From Pecten maximus (Eukaryota): 64,000 nucleotides of DNA. Shown here in pieces: positions 53,851 to 64,000 of this stretch. The stretch lies in NCBI RefSeq assembly GCF_902652985.1, contig NC_047023.1, forward strand, positions 10,912,001 through 10,976,000, read 5' to 3'. The translations under genes were made by a program, and so were the position numbers. The notes under the pieces were generated by a model. That model was given only the letters and a program-made list of their open reading frames with translations, did not search any database and was not told where the DNA came from. Numbering within the stretch: position 1 is the first letter of the stretch; each line of letters begins with the position of its first letter.

Positions 53851-54964
53851 ATAACAGTTACAAAAACAACCCCGCCCCCTCTGGCAACACGCAAATTGTA
53901 TCGTTTTTGTTTTGTTATTTACCTTCTGATGTTAAACAGAAAACCTTTGTATGGTTTGAATGCATTAATTAATAAGGAATTTATTCTATTTGTCCAAATT
54001 GTGCGATATTCTTCACGGAAATACTCTTACCTGCCAAAGCCGGTACAGCGAATCTTCGACTCGATCTTTTTTGTCAACAAACAAGTCAACACCGGTCGCC
54101 TCGTTTTCGATTGAAACGCAAAAGAGTTCTACCAAGGGGAGGTAACAAAACATACTGTGTGAACAGGGTCTGTTCAGACTCCTTGACACGTCAATCACAT
54201 TTTTTTAGTAGTAGGATGTTTTAGTATCTGATGAAGTGTCACTCTTTCTTTTCCGCAAAATATTAGATGAACTCATTATTGTACGTACAACACTGACGTT
54301 TGTACATGTACCTATCTTAAAATCCTTGAAGTTACTGATATATGTAAACAATATATCCCGCCTGTGTCCAATGCTAACATAGTATGTACATATACATCTT
54401 GTACGTGTATACTGTTTGTTTTTGTTTTATTGCGTTTTTGTTCTAACGTCATCGCAAACGCCAGGATCATATGGGGACGGGTTACAACTAAATATCTAAA
54501 GAGGAAAATAAACCACAGGAAGACAGATCAGTAAGGGAAAAAAATAAGATTTAAGATCATTTGGTCTCTTCAATATCACCTAAATAAAAGACAACGTGTA
54601 TATAGTTTTACTGATACAGTATACGTAATAAAAAAAAAAGAAACATAACTTTTAAATTTAAAAATCGTAGTCTTGTCATCCCCGTGACAACCACTGACAT
54701 AGAGCATTGCAGTATCACGCGATACCGAAACGTTACTTCCCTAACATTCCACTGCACATTTAAAATTTGAATTTAGATAGAAAGGCCACATTAAAAGCAT
54801 GGAAGTATTGATGATTGCTATCACCTAACGCCGGATTTTTTGTCCTGCAATATGGATCACCTAGCGCCTGTATCCTGAAATGTGTTGGTTTAATGAAAGC
54901 AATTACTAATTATTCCATGTAAAGGGAATAAGAAACATTCGGTTCATTCCCCAATGACCTTGGA

Positions 54965-54991
54965 GGGGGGGGGGGGGGGGGGGGGGGGGGG
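54965..54991. repeat. G27 homopolymer
   Basis: Seen directly. Confidence 0.95.
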
Positions 54992-55401
54992 TTGTAGTGT
55001 TTCTAAGATTACCACAAAAACCGTAAGAGATAAAATGGATTGGAGGAAAAAGGTTGTGTCGTAGTTTTAAATCTTGAGTAATTCGGCGAGGGACTTTTTT
55101 TTTTGTTCAAAAGCTAAAAATCTGACAGCCAACTTAATTATGTTAAACACAATTCTTTTGCAACGAATAAAACTTGATAAGTCTTTTGGGGGTATCATTA
55201 AAATAAAGTTTATAGACCCAAAGTCAATTACGAATTCGGAATGTACCACAAAGGAAATGCTGCAACATTTAGCATTCATGAATTATGATTTTTATTACGG
55301 TATATTGGTTGAGAACACAAAATAAGGACTGGTTTGATATATTCCTGCATGCATTTACTGAACTCGGTTTATGGGCACGGGTGTCTTTACATCATAATGG
55401 C

Positions 55402-55469
55402 ACTCGGAACACCTCGGCCGATTCTCTACGGTCAGATGACCGTAGAGAATCGGCCGAGGTGTTCCGAGT
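55402..55469. repeat. Perfect 33-bp inverted repeat with a 2-nt spacer (hairpin, minimal MITE-like)
   Basis: ACTCGGAACACCTCGGCCGATTCTCTACGGTCA-GA-TGACCGTAGAGAATCGGCCGAGGTGTTCCGAGT. Confidence 0.95.
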
Positions 55470-57253
55470 TATCATTATGGCTGTTCACTTCTTTTAATCA
55501 ACTTCCGGGTGAGCACACTAACAAAAGAATCCGGAGACCAGATACAAATTTCCGGATGTCATACAAATATACAGTATTGCAATCATGACGTAATATTGGA
55601 ATACTTTCGGGACTCGCTGCTGGGTCAGTATTTTACCATGCCTTCTATTCCTAGGACTTCGGACGACCTAGAAAATGACATGCTGTATCCAACAACTGCA
55701 TGTTGGTTGTAGGAAGCGAGTCATAGTGTCCGTCTGTAATATCAATGCGACATGTATTGATAATGTCAGAGTCGTGTAAACACCTCTACGTTATCTATAA
55801 GAGATTCCTACCTGAATTGTAGTAAATTTTAAGTTCAATTTCACCAAAAATACCATGTCCGAGGCATATAAGGAAGAACCGTTTAAAAACCTATCCCAAA
55901 GCCTCTACACTCCATAGTATGCACTACAGACAGTGAAATATATATTCTAACAAGATTTACGAAGGGATATTTAAAGGTTCCCATTTGAATGTAGCATGTA
56001 TTTCACGATTAAAGCAGAATATATGTGTATTCTATCATATGAGTGAAATATGAAATTATGTTAAATTCAAATTGTGAAGAAAATCGATATTCTGTCGTTC
56101 TCGTGAAATGTATGTAATATTTAACGGGAAACTTTTTCTTTTCAATTTATTTCATTTTTAAGGCGAAAAAAAGACATAAGAAATCGGAAACATAACCTGT
56201 GATGTCGTATCCTTCACAAGACTCGACAATTTTGAATTGGCTGTTCAGGGCAATTTCAACATGTTTCTGTTGTGACCTAGTAAGCCCTACGTCCATTAGT
56301 ATTTCATAGCCATATATATTGCAGAAATAGAAGAAAGAGTAAATTAGTATACCTTCGCTTTAAATTTTAATGCGGTGAATAGAAAGTTATCTCATCTCAC
56401 TAATGATTATTAAATAATTATACCTTAGAAAAGGGTTTTACAAGCACATGATTTTTTTACATTTCAATGAAAAAAAGTAATACCCAATATTTCACAATGC
56501 CTGGAAACCAACGCAGGGAAAATGATTTACTTGTGTTACGTCATAAATCTAAGAGCACGGAACCTTAATATGAAAAACTGGGTCATATTGCACCCTTTTA
56601 TCAAAGTGAAATGTATTATCTGTGGATGACGTGATCTGTTTCGTTGATAATTAGATCAACGAATAATTTAAAGGCAACATCGTATAGAATTGAAATATAA
56701 GGCACAAGGCTGCGGCAAATATTGATACCATAAATGGTGTCTGGAGAAATCTATTAGTAGTGTTACATAATGGTAGACCCGTCGGCAAATAAGATGGCAC
56801 AAGATTATAGTAAAAACAAGGGGAATTGCTATGACACGTTGGTTTTATATCTAACAAATTACATAAAATTGAAGTCCCTGATGACAAGCTGATTACCATT
56901 TTCCAAGGACAGCTGAAAAAACATGTACCAAATGACAGTTAGATAGATATATATCCTGTTTAAAAAGAAATGCGAACCACATTTTCAAACGGTCCCGGGA
57001 ATCAAATAAAAGAAATTAAGCGTATTTAATTTTTTTTTATTTCACATCAAAACGAGAAGAAAAAATGAACCAATTACACAAAAGACCTTGAAAAGGTACA
57101 CGTACAAAATTTTAGGACCAAGTGATGCGAACAAGTTGTTTTCGGTAATGTCACTATTGGGGTGTTAAACGGAAAGATGTTAAAAATTGACGGATTATTA
57201 AGGAATCAAATGTCACATCACTGAATGTTATATGACCTGTTAATGTAAAAAGC

Positions 57254-60200
57254 AGTGATAACAAACATATGGTGTAAGATATTGACAGTGATAACAGACC
57301 TGTGTTATAAGATATTAACAGTGATAACAGACCTGTGTTATAAGATATTAACAGTGATAACAGACTTGTGTTATAAGATATTAACAGTGATAACAGACCT
57401 GTGTTATAAGATATTAACAGTGATAACAGATCTGTGATGTAAGATATTGACAGTGATAACAGACTGGTGGTGTAAGATATTGACAGTGATAACAGACCTG
57501 TGATATAAGATATTGACAGTTATAACAGACCTGTGTTATAAGATATTAACAGTGATAACAGACCTGTGTTATAAGATATTAACAGTGATAACAGACCTGT
57601 GTTATAAAATATTAACAGTGATAACAGATCTGTGATGTAAGATATTGACAGTGATAACAGACTGGTGGTGTAAGATATTGACAGTGATAACAGACCTGTG
57701 ATATAAGATATTGACAGTTATAACAGACCTGTGTTATAAGATATTAACAGTGATAACAGACCTGTGATGTAAGATATTGACAGTGATAACAGACCTGTGG
57801 TGTAAGATATTGAGAGTGTTAACAGACATGTGATGTAAGATATTAACAGTGATAACAGATCTGTGGTGTAAGATATTGACAGTGATAACAGACCTGTGGT
57901 ATAAGATATTAACAGTGATAACAGACCTGTGGTGTAAGATATTGACAGTGATAACAGACCTGTGATGTAAGATATTGACAGTGATAACAAACCTGTGGTA
58001 TAAGATATTAACAGTGATAACAGACCTGTGGTATAAGATATTAACAGTGATAACAGACCTGTGATGTAAGATATTGACAGTGATAACAGACCTGTGATGT
58101 AAGATAGTGACAGTGATAACAGACATGTGTTATAAGATATTGACAGTGATAACAGATCTGTGGTGTAAGATATTGACAGTGATAACAGACCTGTGATGTA
58201 AGATATTGACAGTGATAACAGACCTGTGATGTAAGATATTAACAGTGATAACAGACCGGTGATGTGAGATATTGACAGTGATAACAGACCTGTGGTGTAA
58301 GATATTAACAGTGATAACAGACCTGTGATGTAAGATATTAACAGTGATAACAGACCGGTGATGTGAGATATTGACAGTGATAACAGACCTGTTATGTAAG
58401 ATATTAACAGTGATAACAGACCTGTGGTGTAAGATATTGACAGTGATAACAGACCTGTGATGTAAGATATTGACAGTGATAACAGACCTGTGATGTAAGA
58501 TATTGACAGTGATAACAGACCTGTGATGTAAGATATTGACAGTGATAACAGACATGTGATGTATGATATTGACAGTGATAGCATACCTGTGGTGTAAGAT
58601 ATTGACAGTGATAACAGACCTGTGGTATAAGATATTGACAGTGATAACAGACATGTGATGTAAGATATTAACAGTGATAGCATACCTGTGGTGTAAGATA
58701 TTGACAGTGATAACAGACCTGTGGTATAAGATATTGACAGTGATAACAGACCTGTGGTATAAGATATTAACAGTGATAACAGACCTGTGGTGTAAGATAT
58801 TGACAGTGATAACAGACCTGTGATGTAAGATATTGACCGTGATAACAAACCTGTGGTATAAGATATTAACAGTGATAACAGACCTGTGGTATAAGATATT
58901 AACAGTGATAACAGACCTGTGATGTAAGATATTGACAGTGATAACAGACCTGTGATGTAAGATAGTGACAGTGATAACAGACATGTGTTATAAGATATTG
59001 ACAGTGATAACAGATCTGTGGTGTAAGATATTGACAGTGATAACAGACCTGTGATGTAAGATATTGACAGTGATAACAGACCTGTGATGTAAAATATTAA
59101 CAGTGATAACAGACCGGTGATGTGAGATATTGACAGTGATAACAGACCTGTGGTGTAAGATATTAACAGTGATAACAGACCTGTGATGTAAGATATTAAC
59201 AGTGATAACAGACCGGTGATGTGAGATATTGACAGTGATAACAGACCTGTTATGTAAGATATTGACAGTGATAACAGACCTGTGGTGTAAGATATTGACA
59301 GTGATAACAGACCTGTGGTGTAAGATATTAACAGTGATAACAGACCTGTGGTGTAAGATATTGACAGTGATAACAGACCTGTGATGTAAGATATTGACAG
59401 TGATAACAGACCTGTGATGTAAGATATTGACAGTGATAACAGACATGTGATGTATGATATTGACAGTGATAGCATACCTGTGGTGTAAGATATTGACAGT
59501 GATAACAGACCTGTGGTATAAGATATTGACAGTGATAACAGACATGTGATGTAAGATATTAACAGTGATAGCATACCTGTGGTGTAAGATATTGACAGTG
59601 ATAACAGACCTGTGGTATAAGATATTGACAGTGATAACAGACATGTGATGTAAGATATTAACAGTGATAACAGACCTGTGGTATAAGATATTAACAGTGA
59701 TAACAGACCTGTGATGTAAGATATTGACAGTGATAACAGACCTGTGATGTAAGATAGTGACAGTGATAACAGACATGTGTTATAAGATATTGACAGTGAT
59801 AACAGATCTGTGGTGTAAGATATTGACAGTGATAACAGACCTGTGATGTAAGATATTGACAGTGATAACAGACCTGTGGTGTAAGATATTAACAGTGATA
59901 ACAGACCGGTGACTTGAGATATTGACAGTGATAACAGACCTGTGGTGTAAGATATTAACAGTGATAACAGACCTGTGATGTAAGATATTAACAGTGATAA
60001 CAGACCGGTGATGTGAGATATTGACAGTGATAACAGACCTGTTATGTAAGATATTGACAGTGATAACAGACCTGTGGTGTAAGATATTGACAGTGATAAC
60101 AGACCTGTGGTGTAAGATATTAACAGTGATAACAGACCTGTGGTGTAAGATATTGACAGTGATAACAGACCTGTGATGTAAGATATTGACAGTGATAACA

Positions 60201-63200
60201 GACCTGTGATGTAAGATATTGACAGTGATAACAGACATGTGATGTATGATATTGACAGTGATAGCATACCTGTGGTGTAAGATATTGACAGTGATAACAG
60301 ACCTGTGGTATAAGATATTGACAGTGATAACAGACATGTGATGTAAGATATTAACAGTGATAGCATACCTGTGGTGTAAGATATTGACAGTGATAACAGA
60401 CCTGTGGTATAAGATATTGACAGTGATAACAGACATGTGATGTAAGATATTGACAGTGATAACAGACCTGTGGTGTAAGATATTGACAGTGATAACAGAC
60501 CTGTGATGTAAGATATTGACAGTGATAACAGACCTGTGGTATAAGATATTAACAGTGAAAACAGACCTGTGGTGTAAGATATTGACAGTGATAACAGACC
60601 TGTGGTGTAAGATATTGACAGTGATAACAGACCTGTGGTATAAGATATTGACAGTGATAACAGACCTGTGGTGTAAGATATTGACAGTGATAACAGACCT
60701 GTGGTATAAGATATTGACAGTAATAACAGACCTGTGATGTAAGATATTGACAGTGATAACAGACCTGTGATGTAAGATATTGACAGTGATAACATATCTA
60801 TGATGTAAGATATTGACAGTGATAACAGATCTGTGTTATAAGATATTGACAGTGATAACAGACCTGTGGTGTAAGATATTGACAGTGATAACAGACCTGT
60901 GATGTAAGATATTGACAGTGATAACATATCTATGATGTAAGATATTGACAGTGATAACAGACCTGTGATGTAAGATATTGACAGTGATAACAGACATGTG
61001 ATGTAAGATATTGACAGTGATAACAGATCTGTGATATAAGATATTGACAGTGATAACAGAACTGTGGTGTAAGATATTAACAGTGATAACAGACCTGTGG
61101 TATAAGATATTGACAGTGATAACAGACATGTGATGTAAGATATTGACAGTGATAACAGACATGTGATGTAAGATAGTGACAGTGATAACAGACATGTGTT
61201 ATAAGATATTGACAGTGATAACAGATCTGTGGTGTAAGATATTGACAGTGATAACAGACCTGTGATGTAAGATATTGACAGTGATAACAGACCTGTGATG
61301 TAAGATATTAACAGTGATAACAGACCGGTGATGTGAGTTATTGACAGTGATAACAGACCTGTGGTGTAAGATATTAACAGTGATAACAGACCTGTGATGT
61401 AAGATATTAACAGTGATAACAGACCGGTGATGTGAGATATTGACAGTGATAACAGACCTGTTATGTAAGATATTGACAGTGATAACAGACCTGTGGTGTA
61501 AGATATTGACAGTGATAACAGACCTGTGGTGTAAGATATTAACAGTGATAACAGACCTGTGGTGTTAGATATTGACAGTGATAACAGACCTGTGATGTAA
61601 GATATTGACAGTGATAACAGACCTGTGATGTAAGATATTGACAGTGATAACAGACATGTGATGTACGATATTGACAGTGATATCATACCTGTGGTGTAAG
61701 ATATTGACAGTGATAACAGACCTGTGGTATAAGATATTGACAGTGATAACAGACATGTGATGTAAGAAATTAACAGTGATAGCATACCTGTGGTGTAAGA
61801 TATTGACAGTGATAACAGACCTGTGGTATAAGATATTGACAGTGATAACAGACATGTGATGTAAGATATTGACAGTGATAACAGACCTGTGGTGTAAGAT
61901 ATTGACAGTGATAACAGACCTGTGATGTAAGATATTGACAGTGATAACAGACCTGTGGTATAAGATATTAACAGTGATAACAGACCTGTGGTGTAAGATA
62001 TTGACAGTGATAACAGACCTGTGGTGTAAGATATTGACAGTGATAACAGACCTGTGGTGTAGGATATTAACAGTGATAACATACCGGTGATGTAAGATAT
62101 TGACAGTGATAACAGACCTGTGTTATAAGATATTGACAGTGATAACAGACCTGTGGTGTAAGATATTGACAGTGATAACAGACCTGTGGTATAAGATATT
62201 GACAGTAATAACAGACCTGTGATGTAAGATATTGACAGTGATAATAGACCTGTGATGTAAGATATTGACAGTGATAACATATCTATGATGTAAGATATTG
62301 ACAGTGATAACAGACCTGTGATGTAAGATATTGACAGTGATAACAGACCTGTGATGTAAGATATTGACAGTGATAACAGATCTGTGATATAAGATATTGA
62401 CAGTGATAACAGAACTGTGGTGTAAGATATTAACAGTGATAACAGACCTGTGGTATAAGATATTGACAGTGATAACAGACCTGTGATGTAAGATATTGAC
62501 AGTGATAACAGACATGTGGTATAAGATATTGACAGTGATAACAGACATGTGGTGTAAGATATTGACAGTGATAACAGACCTATGGTGTAAGATATTGACA
62601 GTGATAACAGACCTGTGGTGTAAGATATTGACAGTGATAACAGACCTGTGGTGTAAGATATTTACAGTGATAACAAACCTGTGGTATACGATATTGACAG
62701 TGATAACAGACCTGTGATGTAAGATATTGACAGTGATAACAGACCTGTGATATAAGATATTAACAGTGATAACAGATGTGTGGTATAAGATATTGACAGT
62801 GATAACAGACCTGTGGTGTAAGATATTGACAGTGATAACAGACCTGTGATGTAAGATATTGACAGTGATAACAGACCTGTGATGTAAGATATTGACAGTG
62901 ATAACAGACCTGTGGTGTAAGATATTGACAGTGATAATAGACCTGTGGTATAAGATATTAACAGTGATAACAGACCTGTGGTATAAGATATTGACAGTGA
63001 TAACAGACCTGTGATGTAAGATATTGACAGTGATAACAGACCTGTGGTGTAAGATATTGACAGTGATAACAGACCTGTGATGTAAGATATTGACAGTGAT
63101 AACAGACCTGTGATGTAAGATATTAACAGTGATAACAGACTTGTGATGTAACATATTAACAGTGATAACAGACCTGTGATGTAAGATATTGACAGTGATA

Positions 63201-63540
63201 ACAGACCTGTGGTGTAAGATATTAACAGTGATAACAGACCTGTGATGTAAGATATTGACAGTGATAACAGACCTGTGGTATAAGATATTAACAGTGATAA
63301 CAGACCTGTGATGTAAGATATTGACAGTGATAACAGACCTGTGGTGTAAGATATTAACAGTGATAACAGACCTGTGATGTAAGATATTGACAGTGATAAC
63401 AGACCTGTGGTATAAGATATTAACAGTGATAACAGACCTGTGATGTAAGATATTGACAGTGATAACAGACCTGTGGTGTAAGATATTAAGAGTGATAACA
63501 GACCTGTGGTGTAAGATATTAAGAGTGATAACAGACGTGA
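57254..63540. repeat. 33-bp satellite, ~190 copies, with higher-order duplications (GATATTGACAGTGATAACAGACCTGTG[A/G]TGTAA)
   Basis: Continuous head-to-tail 33-mers; diagnostic variants recur at exact multiples of 33. Source of the 1520-aa and other repetitive ORFs. Confidence 0.99.
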
Positions 63541-64000
63541 AGCGTAACATATTAACATTAACGACATGCATGTTGTATAAATTTAGTTAATAAATATACA
63601 TAATCTTTTACTAAACATGTAAGGAACATGTTTCACTTTTTTCTTTTGTTTTCTCGCGGCGACAGCTTGCTTGACATTCGTCAGCAAAGAACTTCAGTTA
63701 TTGTGAGGACAAGCAACCCCATAAAAGAGCGAGCATCTGCTAGCAAAAAAAAAACGTGTAAAACATTTATGGGCTGTTCTGTCCTTGTTGCATACGCCCC
63801 CTTCTTTCGCGAAAACAAAAAGCTTTCATACCTTATGCGCCATGTACTGGGAAGTTTACGTAGCGTAAATACAATGCTGTAAAACGGTATATTGTTTACA
63901 TGGCGAATTTCAGTGGGTGGGGGCCCTATCGTTCTTACTGGGTATATGGAAATAACCGACATGTCTAGGCTGTGCGTACAGGGATCTCTTACATGTACTT

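Larger units (their letters stand above)
49840..54119. mobile_element. Decayed ISL2EU-type (PIF/Harbinger-related) DNA transposon
   Basis: Perfect 26-bp inverted repeat TCGAAAACGAGGCGACCGGTGTTGAC at 49850-49875 and 54085-54110, extendable ~10 bp imperfectly. It brackets a THAP-HTH-DDE transposase pseudogene and a convergent SAP-domain remnant. Exact termini and TSD are uncertain. Confidence 0.88.

Noticed and set aside
54013-54276. Minus-strand ORF running into the donor at 54030, as a coding first exon
   Set aside because: It crosses the transposon TIR into flanking DNA and has an in-frame stop. The THAP ATG at 53306 is the better start.

Overview
AT-rich, gene-poor eukaryotic genomic DNA, most likely from a bivalve mollusc. 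The SINE and MITE families resemble scallop (Pectinidae) repeats from memory; this was not checked against a database. I find no intact host protein-coding gene and no rRNA, bona fide tRNA or CRISPR array. The main hidden feature, missed by the ORF track, is a ~4.3-kb decayed ISL2EU-type (PIF/Harbinger-related) DNA transposon at ~49840-54119. It has perfect 26-bp inverted repeats, a spliced minus-strand THAP + HTH + DDE transposase pseudogene, and a convergent plus-strand SAP-domain gene remnant. The rest is a patchwork of tRNA-headed SINEs, a non-tRNA retroelement with a structured 5' head, degraded LINE and Penelope-like fragments, MITEs of three superfamilies, a 68-bp perfect hairpin, and tandem arrays of 25, 30, 34, 40, 41 and 33 bp. 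The 6.3-kb 33-bp array has higher-order duplications and explains all the long ORFs in the track. Some unique stretches look like cis-regulatory DNA. I could not establish a demonstrably new biological system; the best leads are the transposon's two-gene architecture, the structured retroelement head at 680-753 and the hairpin at 55402-55469.
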